Counted from the stretch's first letter, positions 1-9,205 are shown. The stretch is 59,275 bases of DNA from a virus (IMGVR_UViG_3300042860_000755:1-59275); one strand, 5' to 3'. A program made the numbers and translations. The notes: generated by a model not told the origin, from the sequence alone.

Positions 1-846
1 GAGTACGCTCGCTACGGCGAAGAGCACAAGGAAATCTACGAGACCGAGACTTCCGAGCGTTCGTTTGAAGAGGAAACCAAACTGTCTGGCTTCTCCGCCG
101 CTCCGGTGAAGAACGAGGGCAGTGCGATTGCTTATGACAACGCGCAAGAGGCTTGGACGACTCGCTACACCCACGAAACCATTGCCCTGGGTTTCTCGAT
201 CACCGAAGAGGCGATTGAAGACAACCTGTATGACAGCCTGTCTGGCCGTTATACCAAGGCTCTGGCTCGTGCCATGGCTTACACCAAGCAGGTGAAAGCC
301 GCTGCCGTGTTGAACAACGGTTTCTCCAGCACCTACCCCGGTGGTGATGGCGTTTCCCTGTTCAATGCGAACCACCCCCTGGTGTCGGGTGGCGTCAACA
401 GCAACACTCCCGGTACTCAGGTTGACCTGAACGAGACTTCCCTGGAAGCCGCCGTTATTCAGATCGCAGCCTGGACCGACGAGCGTGGCCTGCTGATCGC
501 AGCCAAGCCCAAGAAGATGATTGTTCCCCCGAGCCTGATGTTCGTTGCCAAGCGTCTGCTTGACACTGAACTGCGGGTTGCAACTGCTGATAACGACATC
601 AACGCTATCAAGCAGATGGGCGCAATCCCCGACGGTTACACCGTCAACCACTGGCTGACTGACAACAATGCATGGTTCCTGACCACCGATGTTCCCAACG
701 GCATGAAGCACTTTGTGCGGACCCCGTTGCAGAACTCGATGGACGGTGACTTTGACACTGGCAACGTCCGCTACAAGGCCCGCGAGCGTTATTCGTTCGG
801 CTGGTCTGACCCCCTGGGCATGTGGGGTTCGTCGGGTTCGACCTGA
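1..846 (+). CDS. Major capsid protein, Mu gpT-like family (5' truncated)
   Basis: Frame open from base 1 (EYARYGEEHKEIYETETSERSFEEETKLSGF...). Motifs HETIALGFSITEEAIEDNLY and DGDFDTGNVRYKARERYSFG match gpT-like capsids of aquatic phages. Followed by a terminator. Confidence 0.9.
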   Translation, partial: EYARYGEEHKEIYETETSERSFEEETKLSGFSAAPVKNEGSAIAYDNAQEAWTTRYTHETIALGFSITEEAIEDNLYDSLSGRYTKALARAMAYTKQVKAAAVLNNGFSSTYPGGDGVSLFNANHPLVSGGVNSNTPGTQVDLNETSLEAAVIQIAAWTDERGLLIAAKPKKMIVPPSLMFVAKRLLDTELRVATADNDINAIKQMGAIPDGYTVNHWLTDNNAWFLTTDVPNGMKHFVRTPLQNSMDGDFDTGNVRYKARERYSFGWSDPLGMWGSSGST

Positions 847-879
847 TGAGGTGTTGGCGGTGAGTAACCGCTAATCCGG

Positions 880-907
880 ACGGGGGCCTTGTGCCCCCGT
901 TTCTTTT
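880..907 (+). terminator. Rho-independent terminator after the capsid gene
   Basis: ACGGGGGC-CTTGT-GCCCCCGT hairpin followed by TTCTTTT; a second hairpin lies at 854-874. Confidence 0.8.
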
Positions 908-919
908 GCATTTAAACGC

Positions 920-948
920 TTGCACGGCACGTTTAAATCAGATATATT
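920..948 (+). promoter_or_regulatory. Sigma70-type promoter
   Basis: TTGCAC-17 bp-TATATT, with GTTTAAAT in the spacer and ATTTAAAC just upstream. Confidence 0.65.
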
Positions 949-954
949 GGCCTC

Positions 955-1035
955 ATTCCGGGGTTTCCGGCGTTTCTGACAGTCCCGGCTGACGACAAGC
1001 AGACAGAGCGCCCACAGTTAACTCGCTTGTGAGGA
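955..1035 (+). ncRNA. Structured RNA downstream of the gpT-like capsid gene (candidate Mu-gpT-DE motif)
   Basis: Crossing helices CCGGG/CCCGG, GGCGTTTCTG/CAGAGCGCC and ACAAGC/GCTTGT. Location fits the described Mu-gpT downstream element; not verified by covariance search. Confidence 0.55.
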
Positions 1036-1039
1036 TCAA

Positions 1040-1558
1040 ATGGCAAACACCACCTTCAACGGCCCAGTTCGGTCGCAAAACGGCTTTCAATCTATCACCA
1101 CCAACAGCACCACTGGCGCTGTTACTGTGAACGCCACTTTTGGCGCGGCCACCAGTGTGACCGACCTAACGACCACAAATTTGGTCTTTACCGACCAAAA
1201 CCACCCCACCACTGCCGCAATCAACGCTACGGCCACCGCCACCGCAGCAGAAGTTGCAACGGGTTACATCACCTCCACATCAGCGGCTCCAACGACCATT
1301 ACGCTGCCCACGGGCACGGCGCTTGGTGCCGCTATTGGTGCGGTCAGAGGTACCGTTCTTGACCTGTACGTGGACAACACTGCTGGCGCATCGACCGTGA
1401 CCATTGCTGTTGCTACCAACGGCATCTTGTCCAGCGCTGCTGCGGACACTCCCGGCTCGTTTGGCGACTTGACCATCGCATCTGGCGCTACTGGCCTTGC
1501 CCGGTTCACCATCATGTTCTCCAGTGCCACCGCCTACGTGTTTACCCGTACGGCTTAA
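1040..1558 (+). CDS. Putative virion structural protein (head decoration-like)
   Basis: GAGG RBS; Thr/Ala-rich beta-type protein directly after the capsid gene. Confidence 0.6.
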   Translation: MANTTFNGPVRSQNGFQSITTNSTTGAVTVNATFGAATSVTDLTTTNLVFTDQNHPTTAAINATATATAAEVATGYITSTSAAPTTITLPTGTALGAAIGAVRGTVLDLYVDNTAGASTVTIAVATNGILSSAAADTPGSFGDLTIASGATGLARFTIMFSSATAYVFTRTA

Positions 1559-1570
1559 TAGGAGCGCATC

Positions 1571-2071
1571 ATGACGATGCAGTATGACGTAAAGTCGAAA
1601 CACATGACCTCTTCGGGCGTGGCGGTAAACTACCGAACACGCCTCAAGGGGGCCGTTGTGTCGGCAAACACTAGTGCGGCGGCGCGGCACACGGTGTTTG
1701 CAAACAATGTGATGCAAACGGGCACTTACGGGCGGTCTACGACCACTGTGACGGTGACTATCACCAATCATGGCCTCACTACTGGGGACCGCGTTTGGTT
1801 GGACTTTTCTGCTGGCACAGGTGGTACGGCAACGGATAACATCTATTCGGTCACGGTTTCAGATGCCAATACGTTCACGGTAACGGACTCTGCCAGTGGC
1901 ACCATCACCGGGTCTCCTGCGGTGTCGATGTACGCTGACATTTTGATGGAAGCAGATTCGTACAACGCGACTGCGTTTCCTGTGGTGATTCCGGGCGAAG
2001 GAATTTTGGCCAAAGACGGTATTTTTGTTGGTTTGGTCGCAAACGTAACAACCACTTTGTTCTATGGCTAA
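1571..2071 (+). CDS. Putative virion protein with an inserted FCCH-like beta domain
   Basis: GGAG RBS; TVTVTITNHGLTTGDRV motif typical of FCCH-like inserts in phage structural proteins. Confidence 0.55.
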   Translation: MTMQYDVKSKHMTSSGVAVNYRTRLKGAVVSANTSAAARHTVFANNVMQTGTYGRSTTTVTVTITNHGLTTGDRVWLDFSAGTGGTATDNIYSVTVSDANTFTVTDSASGTITGSPAVSMYADILMEADSYNATAFPVVIPGEGILAKDGIFVGLVANVTTTLFYG

Positions 2072-2318
2072 GACCGCAGCATGGACTCGCAAGGAAGGCA
2101 AGAACCCCAAAGGCGGACTCAACGCCAAGGGGCGAGCCTCCTACAACAAAGCCAACCCTGGCAAGCCTGGGCTCAAGCCCCCGCAGCCCGAGGGCGGCTC
2201 ACGCCGAGACTCTTTCTGCGCCCGCATGGAAGGCATGAAGAAGAAGCTGACCGGCGAGAAGGCCAAGAAAGACCCGAACAGTCGCATCAACAAAAGCTTG
2301 AGAGCTTGGAATTGCTGA
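2064..2318 (+). CDS. Small basic conserved phage protein
   Basis: AWTRKEGKNPKGGLNAKGRASY...RRDSFCARM...SLRAWNC; very Lys/Arg-rich. Confidence 0.7.
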   Translation: MAKTAAWTRKEGKNPKGGLNAKGRASYNKANPGKPGLKPPQPEGGSRRDSFCARMEGMKKKLTGEKAKKDPNSRINKSLRAWNC

Positions 2319-2319
2319 C

Positions 2320-2523
2320 ATGAGCCAGAATCACGACACCGTCAAGAACGCGCTGGACATTGTTTCGGTGGTTGCAACCATTGGCTCGTTCTTGGAATTG
2401 CTCACGCCGGTATTTGGCCTGATTGGTGCGATCTGGACACTGATGCGCATCGCTGAGATGGTCTCTGGCAAGACGTTTGCGGAGCTGATCCGCCGAAAGA
2501 AAGCAGATGCCGAGCAAGAGTAA
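2320..2523 (+). CDS. Small membrane protein (holin-like)
   Basis: Hydrophobic segments followed by a charged C-terminus. Confidence 0.5.
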   Translation: MSQNHDTVKNALDIVSVVATIGSFLELLTPVFGLIGAIWTLMRIAEMVSGKTFAELIRRKKADAEQE

Positions 2524-2992
2524 GGCGCAGCACAACTTGATGGCGATGGTTGCAAATAACCCATCTGCCGCCAAGCGCAAAGGAATCCCTCAGTCTGTCG
2601 GTCAGGAGTTCATGAAGGCAGACAAGGGTCGGAGGTTTGGTTCTGGCAACCGCGCAGATGCGCAGGTAATCAACAGGCCCAAAACCAATCAAGGCAAGAT
2701 GGAACTTTTCTCAAGAGGTGGTGACATGAAAGAGTCGAAAGAGATGATGAAGAAGGAAGTGTCGTTCATGAAAAAGAAGGGTGCTCCAAAGTCCATGATC
2801 AAGCATGAGATGGCCGAGGCTGGCATGAAGAAAATGGCCAACGGCGGCATCACCAAAGCCAAGATGGGCGCTGTTCGCACTGCCGCTCCCAGCAAAGATG
2901 GTCTGGCCGCCAAAGGTAAGACCAAAGGCACCATGGTCAAGATGTCTGGAAGCAAGCCCCTGGGCATGAAAAAGGGCGGCTACGCCTGCTAA
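2507..2992 (+). CDS. Basic Met/Lys-rich protein, putative capsid-internal
   Basis: FSRGG, MANGG and MKKGG motifs plus KDGLAAKGKTKGTMV tag. Confidence 0.6.
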   Translation: MPSKSKAQHNLMAMVANNPSAAKRKGIPQSVGQEFMKADKGRRFGSGNRADAQVINRPKTNQGKMELFSRGGDMKESKEMMKKEVSFMKKKGAPKSMIKHEMAEAGMKKMANGGITKAKMGAVRTAAPSKDGLAAKGKTKGTMVKMSGSKPLGMKKGGYAC

Positions 2993-3004
2993 TTGGAGGC
3001 CGAC

Positions 3005-4051
3005 ATGGCTAAAAGACGTATTCGCGCAGCAGAGCTTGCGGGTTTGGCCGCGCTTGGCGCTTTTGGTTACAACTTCTTTGGCCCAGGGCGCGACAAAAAG
3101 GCTGGGGAAAGACGTGCTGACGTAGAGTATCGAGGGACTGATCGTCCGCCCGCAGAAAGTGTTGCAGCCGCCCCAGCAGCCCCCGCAGTTTCGACGGCCC
3201 CACAAGCTCAAAGACCTGTGGCCAGCGTTGATGACGGCGACATTGGCCGGTTTGCGGATGTTGGGTCCAACTTTAACGAAACTGGACAACCGTACAATCC
3301 TGTTGGGTCGTCTGCCACTTATCGTCCGCGCCCTCGCCCTCCTTTTGTCGCCGACGATTCTCAGCGCAGGGCTAATGCCGCTGCTGATGCGATGTACGAA
3401 AATCGCGCGTCTGCTAATCGGCGCACCAGTGTTGATCCCACCACTCTAGAGGGATATGGTGTAAACGAAGTTGGTCGTGGCAGGGCTCCCGTCTCGCGTG
3501 TTAATGCAAGCGCCCGCCAATACAACCAAGACAGCCAAGGGAATCGAGCAGGAACTCAAGCTGATGGCGGCCCGCCAATCACAGAAGAAATGCGTCGAAA
3601 CCCAGTCGCAAGGATTCCCGGTCAAGATGCCAGGGCACCTGAAGATGGTCGTCGCGTGACTGGCGGCAATATCTCAAGGAATCTTGCAAATATGGCGGCT
3701 GCCCTTGGTCCAACCAGGGCTGCCGGATTTGGTAATGCCGCAGTTGAGGCCGCAACTGCAAGGGGTGCCCTTCAAAGGGCTGCTGCTGCACGGGCGGAGC
3801 GAACAGAAGCTGCTCGTCGCGGTCAAACGCCAACCAACCTCACGAGCACAAAATCAAGTTCAACCGCCAGGACGAACGAAGCCTCCAAGCGGACAAGAAA
3901 GTTTGACGAAGACTCTGAGAACGTTGAGTTTAAACGTGGCGGGAAGACAAAGGCCATGCCAAAGAAGATGGCTTCTGGCGGCATGTCGTCTGCATCCAAA
4001 CGCGCTGACGGCATTGCCTCCAAAGGCAAGACCAAGTGCAAAATGTACTAA
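3005..4051 (+). CDS. Hypothetical low-complexity protein with N-terminal hydrophobic stretch and C-terminal tag
   Basis: GGAGG RBS before ATG 3005; ends SASKRADGIASKGKTKCKMY. Confidence 0.6.
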   Translation: MAKRRIRAAELAGLAALGAFGYNFFGPGRDKKAGERRADVEYRGTDRPPAESVAAAPAAPAVSTAPQAQRPVASVDDGDIGRFADVGSNFNETGQPYNPVGSSATYRPRPRPPFVADDSQRRANAAADAMYENRASANRRTSVDPTTLEGYGVNEVGRGRAPVSRVNASARQYNQDSQGNRAGTQADGGPPITEEMRRNPVARIPGQDARAPEDGRRVTGGNISRNLANMAAALGPTRAAGFGNAAVEAATARGALQRAAAARAERTEAARRGQTPTNLTSTKSSSTARTNEASKRTRKFDEDSENVEFKRGGKTKAMPKKMASGGMSSASKRADGIASKGKTKCKMY

Positions 4052-4060
4052 GGGCAAACC

Positions 4061-4288
4061 ATGTCAGAAAAACCCAGGAAACCCAAGCAAGTCTTGAACC
4101 CTGCTGAACAGCAAATGATTCAGGAGGAAAAGGACAAGCAGATGGCCCCCAAGCTGGAAAGTGCTTACAACAAGGCGCTGACCACCACGGTTCCCGCTCC
4201 CGCCCCGGTTGACAAAAAAGCCAAGGGTGGCGTCACTCGCGCCGACGGCTGCATCACTAAGGGCCACACCCGTGGCAAGATGGTGTAA
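4061..4288 (+). CDS. Small protein with the shared C-terminal tag
   Basis: Ends KAKGGVTRADGCITKGHTRGKMV. Confidence 0.6.
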   Translation: MSEKPRKPKQVLNPAEQQMIQEEKDKQMAPKLESAYNKALTTTVPAPAPVDKKAKGGVTRADGCITKGHTRGKMV

Positions 4289-4290
4289 AT

Positions 4291-4818
4291 ATGATGTCCA
4301 GCCGTGGCATGGGGGCCATCAACCCCAGCAAGATGCCCAAGAAGAAGGTCATCCATCGTAAGGATGACCCGAATACCGTGGACATGTACGCGGCTGGCGG
4401 CGAGGTGGAATCAAAATTTGAGCCGGTTAAACCAAACTATGGCATGAGAGCCATGGGTGGCTCTGGAGAGACTGGTTCCGGTGCTGGCGGACGGTTTACG
4501 GTTCAAAAAAATCTTGGCAAAGACCTTGACCTTGAGGCGTATCTGGAAGGTCAAGCGTTTAAACCAAAGGGTATGTCGCCTAAAGGTGAGATAACAGGTG
4601 GCGGAGTTAAATTGACCAAGAGGTTTGCCAAGGGTGGCAAGACAGAATCCAAGGTCAATCAGGCTGGTGTCTACACCAAGCCGGGTATGCGCAAGTCGCT
4701 GTTTGAGTCAATCAAGTCTCGGGCGGTGCAGGGCACAGGCGCAGGCCAATGGTCGGCCCGCAAGGCACAGTTATTGGCCAAGCAGTACAAAGCGAAAGGC
4801 GGTGGTTATCGTGGCTAA
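4291..4818 (+). CDS. Basic protein with an internal beta-strand cassette
   Basis: Conserved-looking ends (MSSRGMGAINPSK; GQWSARKAQLLAKQYKAKGGGY); cassette bounded by YAAGG and FAKGG. Confidence 0.6.
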   Translation: MMSSRGMGAINPSKMPKKKVIHRKDDPNTVDMYAAGGEVESKFEPVKPNYGMRAMGGSGETGSGAGGRFTVQKNLGKDLDLEAYLEGQAFKPKGMSPKGEITGGGVKLTKRFAKGGKTESKVNQAGVYTKPGMRKSLFESIKSRAVQGTGAGQWSARKAQLLAKQYKAKGGGYRG

Positions 4819-5326
4819 AAGAAAAGCTCTTGGAACACTTGCTGCCCTTGGTGCGCTTGGTGCCATAGGCGCGGCTGCGTCACGAGGGCGCTCGGCTTCA
4901 AATGGGCCCCGGAAATTGGTGCTTTCGGATAGTTCCGGTGGCAGGGAAGAAATCGACCCGTTTTACAGGGATGTCGCAGAGGACATAACCAGTAAGCCCT
5001 TAATGACCAGGGGAAAAACTGCGGCTCAAGTCGCAGAGATGGTAAGAAACCCCATTGGCCGTGAAGCGACAGATTCAGAAATGAGACGCATTGCCGATAT
5101 GGCGGAGCAGCTTCGCGGCAAGAAGTATGCTCGCACCGCAGCAGGAGCGCCAATTTTTACGGCGGACGGGGATGCCGTGCAGTTTGGTTCTAATAACCCC
5201 CAGCCGATGTATGGCATGAAAAAAGGAGGCAAAGTGTCGTCCGCAAAAAGCGGCAAAACTGCCTCTGCATCGAGGCGCGGAGATGGTATTGTTCAACGGG
5301 GTAAAACTCGCGGCAAGATGGTATGA
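4811..5326 (+). CDS. Hypothetical protein with the same architecture as 3005-4051
   Basis: Probable GTG start at 4811 (MAKRKALGTLAALGALGA); ends SASRRGDGIVQRGKTRGKMV. Confidence 0.55.
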   Translation: MAKRKALGTLAALGALGAIGAAASRGRSASNGPRKLVLSDSSGGREEIDPFYRDVAEDITSKPLMTRGKTAAQVAEMVRNPIGREATDSEMRRIADMAEQLRGKKYARTAAGAPIFTADGDAVQFGSNNPQPMYGMKKGGKVSSAKSGKTASASRRGDGIVQRGKTRGKMV

Positions 5327-5556
5327 AAGACCCGCAGCAATCGCTCAAGGACTGGGGTGACCAGAAGTGGCGCACCAAGTCCGGCAAACCGTCTTCCAAG
5401 ACGGGGGAGCGATATCTGCCTGAGAAAGCCATCAAGGCTCTCAGCCCAGCCGAGTATGCCGCTACGACTCGTGCCAAGCGGGCAGGCAAGAAGGCCGGGA
5501 AGCAGTTTGTGAAGCAGCCGCCCAAAGTGGCGGCAAAGACAGCAAGGTATCGGTGA
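5323..5556 (+). CDS. Small basic conserved phage protein
   Basis: QQSLKDWGDQKWRTKSGKPS...ERYLP; ATGA coupling to the upstream gene. Confidence 0.7.
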   Translation: MKDPQQSLKDWGDQKWRTKSGKPSSKTGERYLPEKAIKALSPAEYAATTRAKRAGKKAGKQFVKQPPKVAAKTARYR

Positions 5557-6491
5557 TGGCTACCACATCCGGCGCAAGCAGTTTTAACCTTGACCTGACC
5601 GAGTTGGTCGAGGAGGCGTTTGAACGCGCCGGTTCAGAGTTGCGCACGGGCTATGACCTCAAAACTGCCCGACGCAGTTTAAACATCATGTTTGCCGATT
5701 GGGCGAACCGTGGCATCAACCTCTGGACGATTGAGCAGGGCACGATTGACCTTGTGCCGGGGCAGAACACCTACGCTTTGCCGACCGACACGATTGATCT
5801 TCTGGAGCATGTGATCCGCACTGGGGCCAACGTGGCAGCAACTCAGGCAGACCTGACCATCACCCGGATCAGTGTTTCCACCTACGCCACGCTGCCCAAC
5901 AAGCTCCAGCAGGCCCGACCGATCCAAGTCTGGGTCCAGCGGTACAACGGCCAGCAGAGCCCGACCGGCCTGTCCATCAGCGGCGGTGGAATCAGTGCCA
6001 CCGTCAATCAGATTACCCTCAACTCTGTGGTTGGCCTGCCCGCCACGGGGTTTATCAAGGTTGACTCTGAAATCATCAACTACGGATACATCTTAGGGAA
6101 TACCCTATACAACTGCTTCCGGGGTCAGGCCGACACCACAGCCGCATCCCACGCCAACGGGGCAGCGGTTTACTGGCAGCAGCTTCCTGCTGTCACGGTC
6201 TGGCCAACGCCGGACAACGCCCAGCAGTATCAGTTCGTGTACTGGCGTCTGCGCAGAACGCAGGATGCTGGTGGCGGTGTAAACGTCATGGATGTTCCCT
6301 TCCGGTTCATCCCGTGCATGGCGGCTGGCTTGTCCTATTACATCGCCGGGAAAATCCCTGGCGGCATGGAGCGACTGCCCATGCTGAAGGCCCAGTATGA
6401 CGAGGCTTGGCAGTTGGCCGCCGATGAAGATCGTGAGAAGGCTGCGATTCGGTTCGTGCCCCGCCAGCAGTTCATTGGGAGCACTTACTGA
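5556..6491 (+). CDS. Putative head-tail adaptor protein
   Basis: EEAFERAG...ARRSLNIMFADWANRGINLWT and later V(T)VWPTPD pattern of podovirus adaptors; morphogenesis cluster; TGATG coupling. Confidence 0.6.
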   Translation: MATTSGASSFNLDLTELVEEAFERAGSELRTGYDLKTARRSLNIMFADWANRGINLWTIEQGTIDLVPGQNTYALPTDTIDLLEHVIRTGANVAATQADLTITRISVSTYATLPNKLQQARPIQVWVQRYNGQQSPTGLSISGGGISATVNQITLNSVVGLPATGFIKVDSEIINYGYILGNTLYNCFRGQADTTAASHANGAAVYWQQLPAVTVWPTPDNAQQYQFVYWRLRRTQDAGGGVNVMDVPFRFIPCMAAGLSYYIAGKIPGGMERLPMLKAQYDEAWQLAADEDREKAAIRFVPRQQFIGSTY

Positions 6492-6913
6492 TGGGCAACA
6501 GGTTTGCCAGTGGTAAGTATGCGATTGCTCAGTGTGACCGCTGCGATCAGCGGTACATGCTTTCGCAACTTCGTCGTGAGGTCGTCAAAACCAAGAACTA
6601 CGAACTGCTGGTGTGCCCGGAATGTTGGGACCCGGATCAGCCGCAGTTGCAGTTAGGCATGTACCCGGTGGATGACCCGCAGGGTTTGAGGAATCCTCGT
6701 CCAGACCGCAGCTACAGGCTTTCTGGGACCAGCGGATTGCAGGTTGAGGTGGGCTCGGGTCCATTGGGTACTGGAACGGTAGAGGGCGGGAGTCGCATAT
6801 TTCAATGGGGATGGAACCCAGTTGGTGGTTCTTCATTTTTCACCGCAAACGAAACGCCAAACAACTTGGTGTTGTCGGTGAATTTGGGTACAGTTACAGT
6901 TGCAACGACATAA
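6491..6913 (+). CDS. Zn-ribbon protein
   Basis: CDRC...CPEC motifs; DPQGLRNPRPD. Confidence 0.6.
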   Translation: MGNRFASGKYAIAQCDRCDQRYMLSQLRREVVKTKNYELLVCPECWDPDQPQLQLGMYPVDDPQGLRNPRPDRSYRLSGTSGLQVEVGSGPLGTGTVEGGSRIFQWGWNPVGGSSFFTANETPNNLVLSVNLGTVTVATT

Positions 6914-6923
6914 GGAGTCGATC

Positions 6924-7091
6924 ATGATGGACGCAAAGAAGGCAGTGCATAAGCACGAAAAGGCCATGCACCCCGGCAAACCCATGACCAAGATGCGTGC
7001 TGGTGGCAAGACCAACAGCGACATGCTCAAGATGGGCCGCAATATGGCCAAGATTGCCAACCAGAAGTCCCCTGGCCGCAAAGGAGCCTAA
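6924..7091 (+). CDS. Small basic protein
   Basis: AGGAG RBS; contains MRAGG. Confidence 0.55.
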   Translation: MMDAKKAVHKHEKAMHPGKPMTKMRAGGKTNSDMLKMGRNMAKIANQKSPGRKGA

Positions 7092-7092
7092 G

Positions 7093-7293
7093 ATGGCTAC
7101 GTACAAACAACCTACAAAAGTAGCATCGGTTGTGGTAGGTGAAGAACCCGCCAAGACGACCATGCGCAAGGCCAATGTGGCTGTGGCCAACACCCGCAGT
7201 CAAGACTACCCGCCGATGAAAACCAGCGGCATCAAGATTCGCGGCACTGGCTGTGCAACTAAAGGTGTGATGGCTAGGGGTCCGATGGCATGA
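7093..7293 (+). CDS. Small basic protein
   Basis: AGGAG RBS; ends KIRGTGCATKGVMARGPMA, which resembles the shared tag. Confidence 0.55.
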   Translation: MATYKQPTKVASVVVGEEPAKTTMRKANVAVANTRSQDYPPMKTSGIKIRGTGCATKGVMARGPMA

Positions 7294-7997
7294 ACTACGC
7301 TGCCCTGTCTGCTGCAATTCAGGACTACACCCAGAACTACGAAACGGAGTTCGTGGCGAATATCCCTGTCTTCGTCAAACAGGCAGAGCAGCGCATCTAC
7401 AACACGGTTCAGTTCCCGTCGCTGCGCAAGAACGTCACAGGCTCGACTTCGACGAACAACAAGTACTTGGCGTGTCCTGGCGATTTTTTGGCCGCTTACT
7501 CTATGGCGGTTGTGACGGGCGTTACGGGCGGCAACATCAATACCGGCTCGTACGAGTACTTGCTCAACAAGGATGTGAACTTCATCCGGCAGGCATACCC
7601 AACGCCAAATGACACCGGGGTTCCCAAGTACTACGCGCTGTTTGGGCCGACGGTATCGGGCACGACGATCTCCGATGAGCTGTCTTTCATCCTTGGTCCG
7701 ACCCCAGACGGCGTGTACTATGTTGAGCTGCACTACTATTACTACCCGGAATCAATCGTTACGGCGAGCACTTCTTGGCTGGGCGACAACTTCGATTCAG
7801 TTTTGCTCTACGGCTCTCTGGTCGAAGCGTACACGTTCATGAAGGGTGAGGCCGACATGATGGCTTTGTATGACGGCAAGTACAAGGAAGCCCTCATGCT
7901 GGCCAAACGTCTGGGCGATGGCCTTGAGCGCAGCGATGCATACCGCAGTGGTCAGTACCGCACACCCCCGCTGCCGCAGAATAATGGGGTGGCATGA
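7290..7997 (+). CDS. Putative adaptor / tail tubular protein
   Basis: FVKQAEQRI, GVPKYYA, LGPTPD, LLYGSLVEA motifs of phage adaptor proteins. Confidence 0.65.
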   Translation: MNYAALSAAIQDYTQNYETEFVANIPVFVKQAEQRIYNTVQFPSLRKNVTGSTSTNNKYLACPGDFLAAYSMAVVTGVTGGNINTGSYEYLLNKDVNFIRQAYPTPNDTGVPKYYALFGPTVSGTTISDELSFILGPTPDGVYYVELHYYYYPESIVTASTSWLGDNFDSVLLYGSLVEAYTFMKGEADMMALYDGKYKEALMLAKRLGDGLERSDAYRSGQYRTPPLPQNNGVA

Positions 7998-8419
7998 TGG
8001 CGCTCACTGGCAATTATTCCTGCAACACGCTGCGGTCTGGCCTTGCCAACGGCACGATCAACTTTGCCACCGACACGTTCTATTTGGCGCTGTACACCAA
8101 CTCCGCCACGCTAGATCAGACCACCACGGCATACACAACGATTGGTGAAGCCTCTGGTGGCGATTATGTTGCCGGTGGTTTGGTGGTGACGGCCACCGTT
8201 GCAAGCCAAGAAACGGCAAGCGGCAGCACCACGTACGTCAATTTCTCGTCCCCCGCATGGACGGGGAACATCACGGCTCGCGGCGCGTTGATCTACACTC
8301 CCGGCGACAACGGTGCGGTGTGTGTTCTTGACTTTGGCTCAGACAAAACGTCTATCGTTTCTTTCACCGTACAGATGCCTGCCAACACCAGCACATCTGC
8401 TCTCATCCGACTTGTTTAA
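7994..8419 (+). CDS. Tail-associated structural protein
   Basis: DTFYLALY...ITARGALIY...VLDFGSDK pattern; position in the cluster. Confidence 0.55.
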   Translation: MMALTGNYSCNTLRSGLANGTINFATDTFYLALYTNSATLDQTTTAYTTIGEASGGDYVAGGLVVTATVASQETASGSTTYVNFSSPAWTGNITARGALIYTPGDNGAVCVLDFGSDKTSIVSFTVQMPANTSTSALIRLV

Positions 8420-8429
8420 GGAGTATCCC

Positions 8430-9008
8430 ATGTCGAACGAAATCGTAAAATCTGTTGATACCATGAGCGCCGGTCTGGTGGCAGGCACCCGTTCTGGCGA
8501 AGAGATGATGGCTCTGGGCCGCTTCAAAGTTCAGTGCTTTGACAAAGACGGCAACCTCAAGTGGGAAGATGAAAACCACAACCTCGTGGTAAACGTGGGT
8601 TTGCAGTACATGTGCGGCACGGCCCTGACCAGCGTGACTCAGATCACGACTTGGTACATCGGCCTGTACGGCGCTGGCGCATCCAACACCCCCGCTGCTG
8701 GTGACACGATGGCTTCCCACGCCGGATGGACTGAAGTTGTCCCGTACAGCAACGCCAACCGCCCGACCTGCACCTTTGCAACCGCAACGACGGCCAACCC
8801 GTCTGTGGCCACCAACTCCGCTTCTGTCGCGGTGTTTAACATCAATGCCACCCAAACTGTGGGCGGTGCGTTCTTGACCAGCGACAACACCAAGAGCGGC
8901 TCGACTGGTACGCTGTTTTCCGCAGCGGATTTCTCCGCCCCCGGTGACCGGGCCGTCACATCGGGCGACACATTGAATGTATCGTACTCGTTGTCACTTG
9001 CAGGTTAA
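8430..9008 (+). CDS. Tail-associated structural protein
   Basis: AAGGAG RBS; NLVVNVG, WYIGL, GTLFSAADF, GDTLNVSY. Confidence 0.55.
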   Translation: MSNEIVKSVDTMSAGLVAGTRSGEEMMALGRFKVQCFDKDGNLKWEDENHNLVVNVGLQYMCGTALTSVTQITTWYIGLYGAGASNTPAAGDTMASHAGWTEVVPYSNANRPTCTFATATTANPSVATNSASVAVFNINATQTVGGAFLTSDNTKSGSTGTLFSAADFSAPGDRAVTSGDTLNVSYSLSLAG

Positions 9009-9019
9009 AGGGGTCGTCG

Positions 9020-9205
9020 ATGATCAAAATCGACTTTGAATTCCAAACCCCCCACGGTAAGTTTGCTGATGCTTTGCATCTGCCTGATGATCACACCTTC
9101 ACGGATGCTGAGATTGAGGCGATGAAGCAGCAGCGTGTGGACAACTGGATTGCTGTGGTGACTGCTCCTCCTGCGGAAGAAGTGCCTCCAACTGAGGGGG
9201 TGTAA
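9020..9205 (+). CDS. Small protein preceding the tail fibre
   Basis: Clean 61-aa ORF in the operon. Confidence 0.55.
   Translation: MIKIDFEFQTPHGKFADALHLPDDHTFTDAEIEAMKQQRVDNWIAVVTAPPAEEVPPTEGV

Noticed and set aside
843-905. CTGATGA followed by two hairpins, resembling a hammerhead
   Set aside because: GGAC replaces the required GAAA and no stem I forms; better explained as stop codons plus a terminator.
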